A DNA stretch of 64,000 nucleotides from Catajapyx aquilonaris (lineage: Eukaryota): contig KZ538189.1 in the NCBI GenBank assembly GCA_000934665.2, forward strand, positions 1 to 64,000, in the 5' to 3' direction. Of this stretch, positions 26,103-39,700 are shown one piece after another. Made by a program: the position numbers and the translations under genes. Below the pieces are notes generated by a model. That model saw nothing but the letters and a program-made list of their open reading frames with translations, had not been told where the DNA came from and made no database searches. Each line of letters begins with the position of its first letter. Positions within the stretch are counted from its first letter, which is position 1.

Positions 26103-29100
26103 CAGCTCTGCTAGCTTTTTCTTTTCCAGCAGACCCGGTTATAATGTGGGGGCCCCCCAGCAGATCTCTTTTTAATTAGCCACATTTTATCCTAATTGCT
26201 TTTTCTTTCCTCCGTTCCGTGACTGAGATGCTACTCTTGTTATTGAGAAGCGAAATGAGCGCATTTATATTCATATCTGGCCAGCTCCAGCTATGGCAGG
26301 AACTGGGATTTAGAGCGAAACTTTTTTTAAAAAAACCTTAAACAAGAATAATGGTTCTCTTCCATATAACCTATAGCGACACTGTAGCATCACACTAAAA
26401 TAATGTTAAGGGTGTTACTACTGAATTGTGTAACCATCTCTTACGTCATGGACACAGTTTTAATTTAAACTGATTGAAGGGACGCATACCTGCCAGGATA
26501 TGTCATCAACAATGCATTGTACACCAAGCCCAACAGAAAATATGTCTGCGTAATTATGACACACCCAGTCCGGCATTCAGAACACAAGGTGACCCACAAG
26601 TCCAACCCAGTTTCAGCTTCCGTCCCACATGCCCAAAGAGCACTTACTCGCTTCACCTAACCTTCCCTCCAGATGCAATTAGAGCCGCGTTTGACTCTCA
26701 CTTGCTCTCACTCCATGAGCCTCCCCGAAAGACATTTTCCAACCCGCCCCCATCACTTTGTGCGCAGTTTGAAGCACGTGGTGGATGATTACCGGAAAAA
26801 GGTGCATTGCGGATGCAGAGGTCTCTTTTGGCACCGGATGTCCTCTCTCTTCCTCCATCCCTCAGCATCCCCCCAACTTGGCTGCAGGGGGATACCCATT
26901 TTGCCTTTGATCCTTCTCCTCACACCCAGCTGATGCGGACTTTCGTCATTTTCTCTCTCTATAGGGATGCACTCCAAGGGTCGGCCTGCAATATTCAAGC
27001 TAAAAGCCAAGTCCCTTTAGGACCCCCATAAAAATATTTTGGGAATCAGAACCTCCAGCTGATTTCGAATGCTTTTTGTAGGTTTGAATCTGCAGAGAGT
27101 GTGACGTGGTTTTACTCGTTGGCTTAATTTTTGCGACTGTAGGGACACTTGTCTCTTTGAAACGTGCAACGTGTCAGGAAGCTAGGAAACATGCAAAATT
27201 AACTAAAAAGGTTTTTTTTGCATCAGTGAGAGGCCAGTGTTGACTCCTATGTCAACAGCTGCGACATATCCTGTTGAACCATAAAGTTCGTAGGTCCGGT
27301 TGCACAGCAGCCAGAAATCATGATATTTTTTGCTCGAAAAATAGACACAAAGGTTTATGAAAAACATATAACAATATATTGTGCATATTTCCGGCCAAAA
27401 TATGATTTCTGGCCGTCTCATGCAAGGATGAAAAGTAACCCCCAAGTGGAAGGGTACCTTTAACAAATTTTCCAAAAATGTGTGCCTAGATCCAAGACAG
27501 AATACAGTGTGTAAACCCTTCTTTTTCCGCCGTCGGCAATTAATAATAAGGCTAAATCCGTGTACTTTCAGTGGAATCCGCATAACTAAGACTAACTTTT
27601 TAAAAACTGTGCTTAAGCTTTATGCCCACTTACCGCAGAACAGCCGTAGAGGGAATTTTTTAACAAGGTAATCTGAAAACTGCATGAGCTTAAAATGCTC
27701 AAATTGCCGCAGAAAAAAAGAGGCTACCTTTTTCTCCCTGACGGATTTTGGGTCCCAGTTGTGAATAACTTCAGCATCCTGTAATCCCGTTGCATGTGAT
27801 ATTAATGCTGGATTTTGCTCCCAGTGCAAAACTGTTCCAATGTGCAGTTACCTTAGCTAAAAAAAGAGGCTGGTGATATCGCTAAATTCGCGTTTTTTTG
27901 GGGCGATAAGAGGAACGGTCCGTAATCTGTCAGATAGTGCGGGAAAGTGTCAGTTTGTCAGCGATGTAACGTAGTTTGGAGCGAACATTCCATTGACACG
28001 GGAGCACATACCAACGTCACAACCGCCGCACTAATAGGGCCTCGCATCCGTCACACGCTGCCAACCTAATTGAAATGGGAGCCCTGCATGATCATCGCCA
28101 TTTGGGTTCTTTCCCTATGATCACCTGACAAAAACTCCATCCCAATTAGTTGGAATAAGTTCCAGAGACAATCAAATCCAAATGGTCAGCTCAGGTGTCA
28201 AAGGAACCAGAAGCGTATAGTCAGAAATTGGCACAAAAACCAAATATGAGTTTTTTTTTTACTATGTAAATCCTGGAGCAAGTGGGACAGTTATTAACAT
28301 CATCTGTCCAATAATAGTGAGGTTTGGGCTCCCATTTTAGTCCAGTGGGACAACCAAAGAGGCAATAAAATTCAGGACACGTGAAGAGCCCCGCAGCAGC
28401 AGAAATTTTTGGAGGGGTTAAAATTAATATCTGCTGCTGGAGGTTTTGCAGGGGAATTAAAAGATTTAAATGAATCCCTCCCCGTCCCCCTCTGGAGATG
28501 CAGAGAACGACAAAAGAAATTCTCCCCCTCGGTTTCTCCTAATGGAATTTAAGGAGGAATTAATTTACAGTGTTCCACACAGCAGCCGCAAACTCCTTAA
28601 CTAACTTCATGGTCCTCTAGAGTCTGAACTTAGTTGACACCTAAAATGTGCTAGTAAATGACACATAATCTTAACGAGAAAAGAAGTTAACTTCAGATGA
28701 TCATACGCCCAACCTTTGCTTGAATTAGCCTTTTTTTTCACAAACTCCCCACAAAAGAGCTCGTTTGTTCAGGAAGGGCACAAAAAAACGAAATTTTTTC
28801 CAGCCCTACAGCACCGTCATTTTGGAGGAAAGGGGGCCCATATTTGCATAGGTTTCCAGCAATACACCTTTCCGGTTTTCATTACACGCAATTGTCCGTT
28901 CCACTATTTTCCTTTTGAAAATCAAGCGAGGGGACGATTCAGCAATGAGAGAACGGGTAAAAATTAATGTTCACGTGTACTGAGCATGTACCTTTGGTAT
29001 ACCGGTACGTTTTTCTGAACGAAGCAGTTCATCTATTTTCTTGTCAATATTTGACGGCTTTTGTGTATGAAGGGGCCGGGAAAACGATTTTAGATCGACT

Positions 29101-31190
29101 GATTGGTGATGGCACAACTGTTTAAGTGTAAGTGTCAATTTGTCTCGGCCCTGAAGGTTCTTTTTTTCCCGAGAAAAAACCGAGGAAAACAACAAAAGGT
29201 CTCGAGGTAAAAAAAAAGGAAGGAAGGTGAGGTTGGAGATGGAACAAGCACTGGAGCTCTTTACAACTTGGATGGGATTGAAGTTGGGAAGTGTTGGAGA
29301 AGGGTTAGGCGGAAATAGAATCTCGTTGCTTCCTACTTATAGGAGGGGGCCTGGGCACCCCGCAACCTCAAGGGTTTTCTTGATGCAGCCTTCAAGCAGC
29401 AAAATAAATTATCCGCCTCACTTTTCGACCCAGGAATACACACTATTTCTGTCCCGCCAAACTTTTTTGGGGGGGGAAAGGAAAAAAAAGTTTTCTCTCC
29501 CAGAAAGTCGTCCTCTTTACCTTTTCCTCCCTCGGGGAGCAATTTCAGAAACGAATTGCCAGGATTCCTCTCTAAAGGTTTGTGGTTAGAGTTCTCTAGT
29601 AACAAAAATTTAGGATAGAGAGAGTGGTGAACCGCCATAGTTTTAAGTTAAGTATTGTTTGCCCATGTTTACCCAAGCCAAACAAGTGAAGCTTGGGGCA
29701 GTGCACCACCCTGTATAATCTCTCACAGGTCACGGAGTTTGCGGTGTTTCAGATTGTGGTTGCAAATTAGATGATTCCGGGGCTTAGCGAACGACAGCTG
29801 CTGCTCCATTCATTTGAATAATGTCGGCGATTCAAGCCGGGAAGTCCGCCAAATTAAGTTGATAGCGACAAATCAACAAAATGTCCCTCCAGCAATATGC
29901 GACTTTGCCTGCTAGCCATGGATTCCCTCTAAAATATTTGGTATAGTGAGCCAGCAATAGATGGGATTCCAGGCTTTTCCGATGGGTATAGGGATGACCT
30001 GCACCCAACAGCTTTTTTTTCAATTTGCTTCATGAATACATATCCTGCGGATGCCGGACCTAAAGCCAAGCGCTTTACCTCGAATCCCATTGCAAAGGCT
30101 CTCCATTTCCATCCTAAAACGGCCGCCTATCCCGCGCCTTTTTGGTCTATTAATAGGAGTGACATTTTCAGAGCAGACACTGTGTCGACCATATGTGTTT
30201 GCTATTGGGGGGGGAGAGCTTCATTTGGTAAATGTGGTCATGGACAGCAGAGTGGGGGCGATGAGAGTAAACAATAACCGGGCAACTCTCTCTCAACAGT
30301 GGACGGGACAAATGGCCCTGTTTTTGGACGCTCGATACGCTCATTACACGCCACAATTACTGACCTCTGCTATTTCAGCCTGATGTCTTCAACAAAATAA
30401 TTATTGATCAATTAAAGCGTTCGGGGCTTCGTGCCTAAAAGCAGCTTTTGTCTGGAAGCAGCTGAGCGCAATTGCAGGCAAATGGACTCGAAACACACGT
30501 GATGTTCCGACTGAATTGGCCTATTTGTTGTCAAAACGCCTGCTTTTCATTACCGGTTTCTGTTAAGTTAATTATTTCAGAACTGTGTGTTTCTAAAAGC
30601 AGCGAAAAATTAACTGCACATGTTACATTCAAAACTGCAGTGAAGAACTGTTTAAAAAATGTTCATAAATAATAAGCAGATTTACACTGTTGAAACCTTT
30701 CAATCCTAAATGCAGCAGTGGGACTTATATGTACACGTTGTATGCAACCGCCCGCCTTGTGTCCCATGAAACTTTCAGAAACTCGTTGCAAATTCCTTCC
30801 CCGATCTTTTTTTCTCTCTCTCCTCCTCTTCCACAAAAGTTATCACCATAAATATCCTCAACCTCTAGCTCCCCCTCCTTTTTCCAAAAACCTCCCACAA
30901 AAATGGGAAAACTGGGATTATCAGACGTTCGGGAGAAGAAAAAATCTTTGATACGATCCAGGGAAGGGAACAGCTTGTTCCTCCCCGCAAAACGTCCGCT
31001 TTATTCACGCTCTCCAGCAGTTCAGTGGTGCACGCAAGATTACGTATATGCTCGCCCCAAAAAACTGGGCCTTAAGGTAGACTTGAATGTATAGAAGAAG
31101 GTAGTCCAACAAAAGATTCGAATTTGTGGAAGCTACACAATCGCAGGTACGAACAACACTTACTGTCAACTTCTATAAGTAACCTACATG

Positions 31191-31350
31191 TTAGGTTAGG
31201 TTAGGTTAGAATAGGTTATGATATGTTAGAATAGGTTAGGATAGGTTAGGATAGGTTAGGATAGGTTAGGATAGGTTAGGATAGGTTAGCATAGGTCAGG
31301 ATAGGTTAGGATAGGTTAGGATAGGTCACCTTACGTCAGGTTAGGTTAGG
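31191..31350 (+). repeat. Interstitial telomere-like pentamer array (TTAGG with ATAGG/TCAGG variants)
   Basis: 32 in-phase pentamers, core (ATAGGTTAGG)n. TTAGG is the ancestral arthropod telomere repeat. Confidence 0.9.
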
Positions 31351-33742
31351 CTCAAATAATGTATTCTTCTGATTGGAAACGTAGGTAGTACATCTCTAGA
31401 CTTGGTGAATCTCTAGACACAACATTTCCCCCTCCCTTAGGATACTTAGCTCTTTATGAAAAACGGGGGAAAGCTCTTCCTGACGCAAAGAGCATCAATC
31501 GGGAAGAGTTTCTCTTTGTGACCGCCATCAATCGCAGGAGAGGTCGACTCTCCTGGGGGTTAAGAAAACAGGATCTCCCTTTTCCAGGGGGCAAAGTACT
31601 CCTTACTTGTACAGTGCACTCAAATGGATGAATTTAGGACGCTGCGCTGGCTGGGAAATTGCGGGGGCGGTGGGGGGGTTTTATACGAATGTAAAAGAAT
31701 GCTGGGCCCGGAAGACAAATGAGTGGGTTTCAATCTCTTCTCCGAATCTTGCTATGACGTTTAAAAGCCCTCTCCGTACCATCAATTCCGGTTCATACAA
31801 AATTAGGATTTGAGTCGCTGGTAAATTCTGCATGCAAAGGATCCTGGAGCAATATACTGCCAGTTTTTGACATGGCATACAATTAACTTGGATTTCCTGT
31901 GTACCCAACCCACATATTTTCTTGTTGGATGTCGCCTCGAGATACCTTACAGTCTTTGTAACCGCTTCCGAAATAAGGCTTAGAATAAACTTTGATCAAA
32001 CAAGTGATCCAGCTGTTGTTTTAAGGCTGACTTATGTAGAGCAAGCTTAATAAAGAACTACTACCTGTAGAAGAAAGCAGTTTGTCGACAGTGTGTGCGT
32101 AGCCATTCATATTGCAAGTTACACAGACTGGTTCAACACATGAAGCATGACCTGCACTACTTATTGCTTATTAGAGTCAGGGGAGAAATATGCACCAGTA
32201 GTAATTAAGTGAATTAACAGCTTTTAAACTGCCTATATTTTTTTTCTGGGTGCATAAGGTGTATATTGGCTCACCCAAAGAGCATGCCGCCACTTCCAAG
32301 CGTGTCTTTCATGCCTTAAATATTTACGGTCCGTCGACAGCACGTACATTTTTGCTACATGTCAGTAGATAGCTGCGAGGCACGTAAACACACTCGCCCG
32401 AATGTCGAAAATACCTCCACTTCAGGCATAAATAGCCTCGAGGCTTTGAAGGTCACTCGAATGAACACGCTGTCCACTTCATCATTACATTTCGTTGCAG
32501 GGCACGATGCACCTGATGGTCCCCTATGAAAAGTTACCAAGTTGTTGTCTTTCGGACCGGGAGGAAATTGTATTTTCAGGGGCACTAGACAGGATCCACC
32601 CCCGCCTAATTGGTAATTAGCCCCAGTTACAATCCAGGTTTTTTTTTTCTTTTCATCACGCTGCAGTGAACGACGCAAAGGCAAGCATATTTTGTGCCCA
32701 AAAACCTTGCTTGTTGGCGCATCCTCCGTTTTTAATCGAACCCGATAAGCTTGTTGCTGGGTTCTTCCTAAATCCGGGATGCTCATATGCTTTACAAAGC
32801 ACGAGCAATTTAATTGAATGAATCTGCTGCCTTCATGGGTTCATTGCTCCGTGATAATTTTTTCCCTGTACACCCCCCCGGATGTAAAGAGTTATTGACA
32901 TTTTTCTTCTCCATGGCTGATGGGGTCTAGTGTGCTAAATCACCCCTGCATGTTTTTAATCCTGCTGTGTATGTGTGTGTTGGGGGGATGATTCAGCGAA
33001 TCCAAGGGCTAATGTAGACAACCGCATTTATCAAGTCGCCATTCACTCTTCACCGTGCCCTGTCGACCGAAACTCTGCTATTCAAAAGGACACCGAGAGC
33101 TTTTACCCCTGGAGCACACAATGAGAATAAAGACAACTCGTCACAACCCGGCCTGTAATAACTCAGAAGCGCAATTCAGAGGACAAGTATACAGCACTGT
33201 ATCAATACTGCAAGGATATAAATCATAATGTTTTTTTAAACACCAGACGGTGACAAAAGGTTATTGCCCAAAATTGTACAGGTCAAAATTGCTCCATTTC
33301 ATATAAAAAGCTACGTAACCTAATTTAAACGTAATTAGGTAGATAAATAGGGCTGCAAACGAAGCACATTCTTCACAAATGACGTGAAATAAGAGTTGCT
33401 CGGCAGCACTTGGGTCTGCCTCTCTCAGCTTTTTAAATCCCATCATCTCGTCTTTAATATGATTCGTTGCTATATATGCACTCATATACCTTGTCAAATT
33501 AATATGATCGTCATATTGTTTTTTTCTAGTCAGGACGAGGAATCCACTTAAATTGGCTTAAAAAAAGACGGGGACCTACCAAAAAAAATGTTAAATCCTG
33601 GTAATTATTATCACATTTGCTGCGTGCGGTACCTCATTAACTACATTATTGATCAACAAGTAGGCTGTAATTCGTTGTAAACAACATTAATTAACTTGCA
33701 TTTCTGGGGATTGTGTCAAATCGATGGCCAAATCCTGCACAC

Positions 33743-33793
33743 TATTAGATTATTATTATTATTATTTATTATTATTATTAGTATTAGTATTAC
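33743..33793. repeat. Imperfect (ATT)n microsatellite
   Basis: TATTAGATTATTATTATTATTATTTATTATTATTATTAGTATTAGTATTA visible directly. Confidence 0.8.
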
Positions 33794-35557
33794 TAAGGCC
33801 CCTTTATTCTTGTTAAAATGTAGCGCACCTCGGACAATGGATGGGTTCTGTAAGAGGATAAACATGATAATTTAACCGGCGGTTATTTCGGGTTAGCGCA
33901 AATATCGATATACTTTACGTACATGTATATATATACTGCAGGAGATTTGCGGTACTGTATTTTAATGCAACCCCTAACCATATTACTAGTCCGTTTTAAC
34001 ATTCTGTACAGAACGAGGGGGTTATATGGATTGGGGGCGGATGGATTTCAAATTGAATTTTAGCCAACTTGGTGTGATAATACTGGGCTGTACTTCGTAA
34101 ACAAGCCGTCAGTTCCTGTGTAACAAGTGTTGGCAATAATTTATTGCCGTCTAATGCCCTTGGAAAGTACAGGAATATTCTGAAATACGTCTGCGGAAGG
34201 AGTGGGTTTGGATCGAAGAATCCTAGGGAAGTTCTGAACTGCCGTGTAATTACTGCAATTACATGATGTGCCACTGTGCACAGGGCAAGTGGAATATCAA
34301 GTAGGGAGCTGAGATGCTCAAAGGTAATTCTTGTCTAACGAGTAAGTACAAAATTGCTTTGGGATTTAACAACAAGAACTTCATTACAAGTACGGTATTT
34401 AAAAAGTCGTGCGACTTTATGATTTTTTAAAGCTTGAAATGGCCTCACTGTTGTCTTATCTTTAAATGACATTAGGATATGCAACTGGAATTTTCAAAGA
34501 ATGATAACAATTGTCCCACCGCTCTGTTGTACTTCACACTGCGCACTTGTGCCATTTACACTCTGTATTTAATTAGTGCTGATGACCTGTTTTCTGACGG
34601 AGCACCCCAATATGTTCACATTAATCTGCATGTAAATATTTGTCCAACTCGTTGTTTATTAGCTACAAAACCCATTTTCCTGCCAACGAGCTGAACAAAT
34701 ATAACGTTGAGTGGTGACTGACGAGGTGGACAGAAATTCCGCTTTACCTTTCGTCATGCGACAGTAACAGCTTTTTTTTGGGGGGGGGGGGGGTGAAATA
34801 TTTTTTCCGATGTTAAACACTCAGACGCACACATAATGGACTCAACACACGTGCTGCTATTAACCCATTTCAGGCTTTCATGATTGTGTCGTAATGAATA
34901 AGCCAATCCATTTAGCTACGATGTGTAGTCATTCAGGTTGACGGTCCATAAGCTCTGCATTTTGTTAACTACACTACGGACACTGAGAGTGAAAAACTAA
35001 TCGTGTCCAGAAATAACGGCTTTATAAGGAACAGTCGAAAGTCACGCTTGAGCCAAGAAGCAGAGCTCAGGCTACATGAATTACTGCCAGGTCCTGGCTT
35101 ACATGGCTCGTGTAGCAGCCCAAGCAAAGAGCTCTCCAACCCGTAAATCTCCAGCTCCCAAAATCCTAATCCCAAAGCAAGTGAACAGACCTTCAGAACT
35201 TACGGGCCAAATTGTCCCTTTATTTTTAGATCCACCTTAAATTCCGACCTCCCCAAAAAATCGGACACAACCTAATCATGGGCATGAGACGACAGCTACC
35301 CTCCCACGAAACCCGCTATTTAAACGAAACCTAAAGTTTATCCCAACGGTATTCCTGTCGTGTCCATCCTAAACTTCCCTGTCAGGCGACGGTGTACTGC
35401 TCTGCATTCTGAACGATTAAAGGCACATTGCTGGGGGNNNNNGGGGGGGGGGGGGCTTGTGCAGAAAAGTACGCAGGGCCGTCGGTTGCACTCATAAAAA
35501 AAGTAGTTATAATCAGAGACTGTTGGTCAGCTACTAATAACTTTCATTAATTTCCAG

Positions 35558-36176
35558 GAGCAAAGTGGCAGCAGCCCTTCTGAACAAGCATCTCCAGATC
35601 AACGGTCTGACTGCTGGCATCCAGATAAACGGTTTGGGCGGAACCACCAGCGGAGGCAACGATGGTACGGCGTCGTCGTCTCCCAAGCCCATAACGGACG
35701 ACCCGAGCAGCGAGCAGCAGCCTCCGGACCAAGGACCGGACCAGCCAACGGCCAACAAGATGAAGCGTGAGAGGAAAGCTGCTCGTACCCTTGGAATAAT
35801 AATGAGCGCATTCATGCTGTGTTGGCTGCCGTTCTTCCTGTGGTACGTGTCCGTGTCGTTGTGCGGAGAGCACTGCTACTGCCCGGACATCGTGGTCGCG
35901 CTTCTCTTCTGGATCGGGTACTTCAACTCCGCGCTCAACCCGCTCATCTACGCCTACTTCAACCGGGAGTTCCGACTGGCCTTCAAGAAGACCCTGGCCA
36001 GCTGCTTCGTGTGTCTGAGGTGCTGCCCTTCCGACGGCCCTGGGAGTGACGTCAGGTGCCTCCTGTGCCACTCGGGTCCAAGGAGGGAGTACACGGCCTC
36101 CTCGGACATACATCTCAACCATCGCTCCGGTAACGTAAGCGAAGTAGAGACAAACCTCAACGAGGCCATGATGTGA
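35558..36176 (+). CDS. Octbeta1R: Octopamine receptor coding exon 2: ICL3, TM6, TM7, C-tail
   Basis: Branch-like CTAAT (35534) and TTTCCAG acceptor (AG 35556-35557); AG|G joins in frame to give [26 protein letters not shown] (TM6), LCGEHCYCP (ECL3), [14 protein letters not shown] (NPxxY), Cys-rich tail, TGA ending 36176. 755+619 nt = 457 aa. Confidence 0.93.
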
Positions 36177-36755
36177 GACATACGTACTGATTATACACTA
36201 TCATACCCTGACCTATACTTATTTTTGTTGTACCTTCAGCTCCTGTCTCTTCCTTGGGTCAGTCTTGCACGTCCTAACCTTTTCTAAACCTGAGGTGTTT
36301 GTCGGTTGTGAACCTGTGTCGCCCAGATTTTTTGTTAAAAAAAATCCTTATTCAGTTACATAGTTGTTTCGTGCCATTGTGTACACTGTGTGCTTGTACG
36401 CGATGTCGTCGTCTATTTTTAGAAAAAAAAATATGGTTATTTTCGTGGAGATGAGGACCCCCAGCATTTTAACCCGCAGTTTTGACTGATATAGTGAACC
36501 AATGGAGCGAGGAAACCCTTTGTGATCCTTGCCCACTATTTTGCCTAGTCCAGATGTTTCCAAATTTTTGTAGGCGTATGTATATTAGCCCCTATTGAAC
36601 GCGCAAAAACGCAGTGACGCTTTTAAAAAATGCTTCGCCGAGTTGAATAAGCATACCGAAAAAAAATATACCCGGCCTAAAAGTTTGCAAATCACTGGTC
36701 TAGTCAATACAAATCATAAGGATATGACCTCGTAAGCATCCTTGCTCAAATTTGC

Positions 36756-36761
36756 AATAAA
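36756..36761 (+). terminator. Candidate polyadenylation signal of the octopamine receptor
   Basis: First AATAAA I noticed downstream of the stop codon (about 580 nt); motif only. Confidence 0.3.
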
Positions 36762-39700
36762 ATTGGCCTAAATTAATTTGACGATAATAAGAACGCAATC
36801 AGTAGTGTAATACTTGACATACTGACCAAGCTCGTGTCATTATTGCATACAAAATAGTGAATTGAACCCATGAAAATTCTGGGGTCAACCACACCTCATA
36901 GTTATGCAATCATCTATGAATATTAATTTGTTTCATCCTAATATTCATTCATGACCTGGTAGCTGACCTTTCCTCTCATTTGCGCGTGGCAGCAGCTGCA
37001 CGTTGTTTCCATCTTTCCAGTTGTAAATGCAAATTATCCTTCACGTCTCGTGAAAATAACAAGGGTGCTTACAAGGGAGTGTCTTTGACGCTCATTCGTT
37101 ATCAAGCACAATACAGGGTATCAATTTGGAGTAATAAATATGCAAAAAAAAAGCGACGCTCGCAAAAAATGCGCAGCGATGTCGTCTCCTTCCACAGCTA
37201 AATCTAAATTTTATAATATAATAAAAAATAAGTGTGCACGGCGCGGAATAGGGACATGTTAATTTTTTCCCCCTGGTTTTTTTGTAGTGAAAAACCTTCC
37301 ACTCTCTGACACTTTCCTACTGTTTTTACCGCGCTTTCAAACCCCCCCGGTTTCTCCCCCAGTACTTTTTTGTACACAGTAGATGATAAATAATTCTACC
37401 TGGACGTGTTAGAAGCCGGACTCGCAACTAGATTTTAAAGGGTTTTCCGCAAGTGACAGCACTGACCTTTACTTTTTTGCAAACAGGCAACATTTCCAAC
37501 AACTTTTTTTTTTGGGGGGGGGGGCGAAGAAAAGTAACGAAAGTAGGAAAATGGAAGGGGATTTTTGCTGTCACATGGGGAATGCAAAGTGAATAATTGA
37601 ACCAGGCGTTCACACTTCCGCTTTTTTTTTAAACAGACCGCCGGTGAATTATTGCACTAGATAAGAAACAAAAATGGAATTTTTTCCATTCAGAGAGTCA
37701 CGACTAGATTAGCATTGTTGAGAAACCCCCCCAAAAAAATTTGCGGGCATTGATGGCTGAACATTAAAAATGCAGAGCAGTGCAGTGCTGCAATTACAGA
37801 CAACCATTTTTTTCCGCATGGGAAACGCTTACGGCCCGAATCGTAGCTCCGATTCCCAATTAGCTTTAATTAGCGAATTATTCACGTCGACCTGCCAACA
37901 CTGACGGGGGGGCGGCCTCTTTCTTACAACGGAATTTTAAAACGAAGTGAGTCGAATTAATTGCGTCGGTTACACACTTCTGTCTGGAAAACCCGGGACG
38001 AAATATTCCGCTTGCAAAAAAAAATACATAACAGATGTGTATTTTTAAAAGGGGAAAAAAGCGAATTGTACGTGTTCTGTTTCCCTCCTTCCCTTTATCC
38101 CTATACCCTTTCATTTCATGGTGTATGTATACGTAATATTTGTGCAATTTACTTAAAAAACTGACATTGCCGTGGTATTAATTTTTTTGGAGCAGCCCTC
38201 AACATAAGGAAGGAAAAAAAAACATGGGTGTGGCAGATCCTGCCTACAAAGTGAGAGAGAATCACATCCAAGTTGCCAAACGGGTGTCTCAGGGGTATAC
38301 ATTTGTGCGGGAAAGTGAAAACATAATAAAAAATATAAAAAATAATGGACTACACTTTTTGTGTACTCATCGCATCATTTATTTTATTACATTCCCATAA
38401 CACTGTGCCTTGCATTGAACTGCCTTTTCTGAATGTACGTAGCAATCATGGCTTAAACAGAAGTAGATTATAAGGATATTCTGAAAAGATATAGCCTATA
38501 GTCCTCCTTGAAAAATGCGGTTTCCCGTTATAGTTCTTCCTGAGAAAATTAAAATCCGCTCGCAGAAAAATGGGGCTCTGGCTGTAACGAATTCGTTTCC
38601 CTGATGAAAACTAACGTGGCCACACCGGCTTAAATAATTTCGGAGACGATAGAAAACTTTTCTCAATTTTATCTCAGGGAGAAAAAAGAGAACAGGGGAG
38701 CTTTTGCCAGCAAAATCCAGACCGCCTTCATTTTATTATTGCAAAAAAAATCATTTTTTTGGGCCCTAATCCCAAATTAATTGGCTTCTTCCATATCTGC
38801 TTCTCAATCGAATTCTTTTTTTTTGTACCAATTCGCCCAAATCTCGTTTGCTCGTTACTCTTTCCATGATGCTCAAGATGCGAATAGATTTACGTGCACT
38901 TCTAAAGTGCAAGATATTGAAACGAGTGAACCCGTAACAATCAGTATGACAATGACAAACATTATTTTGATGAGATGGCCCGCCGATTTACCACCTAGTA
39001 TTATTATTCGCGCATAGATGGCGCCTCCCTCTGTACACTCCTGCCACCTTCAGGTCATACGGGAGATAGCCGTACTATCAGGTCGGACAAACATGAGCCT
39101 ATTAGGAAAAAGATAGTGTGGTGTGAGAGAAATGACCTGACTATGTCTCGGCTGGTTATACACACACTATATATCCAGGGTGCTCTGACCTGCCCTTATA
39201 GTTTCTCCCTGGATATAAACCCGCTGCGTGACGACCGGCTATTCCTGCAGAGGTCGATCGAAACCCGACACCATGACAATTATACCTGTCACTCCGCCAC
39301 AACACTTCTCCATGAAAAGCCTGGCTGCCAGACTCTTCAATATACGAACAGTTGTGCAGGCAGACAGAGGAGTATACATAAAGGACGGTGCCATTCTGAC
39401 CCGATTCGTTTCCATAACAATTCGTATCCAGTCATTACCCTCCGCCGTTAAGTGATTAACGTGTTTATTATTAATGGCCAGCAGGAGGGCCCGGGAAACT
39501 CCAAGGCAAGGCAGTTTATATTGGAAGGGAGGTGATCAATTATTATATAGTCCCTATCCCATGATACAGGATTGACATCAAATAATTACCCAGCTCGGTA
39601 CTATTATTGCATTATATGCATTATAATATTTTAAATATACGAATTAGACCCATCAGCTTGCTATTACGAACGCAACCGAGTGCACACCCACACTCGCGCA

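Larger units (their letters stand above)
9111..35557 (+). other. 26,447-nt phase-2 intron of the octopamine receptor
   Basis: GTGAGT donor and CAG acceptor join the two GPCR halves in frame; no other GPCR-like coding segment recognised between them. Confidence 0.85.

Noticed and set aside
34970..35240. Exon-like open frames just upstream of receptor exon 2
   Set aside because: Frames end in stops, and I found no phase-compatible acceptor/donor pair or homology.
5024..35365. Exact 15-mer ATTCCTGTCGTGTCC at 5024 and 35351
   Set aside because: A few 15-mer matches are expected by chance in 64 kb and the flanks do not align.
35534..36181. Antisense 191-aa and other ORFs over receptor exon 2
   Set aside because: Shadows of the GPCR exon.
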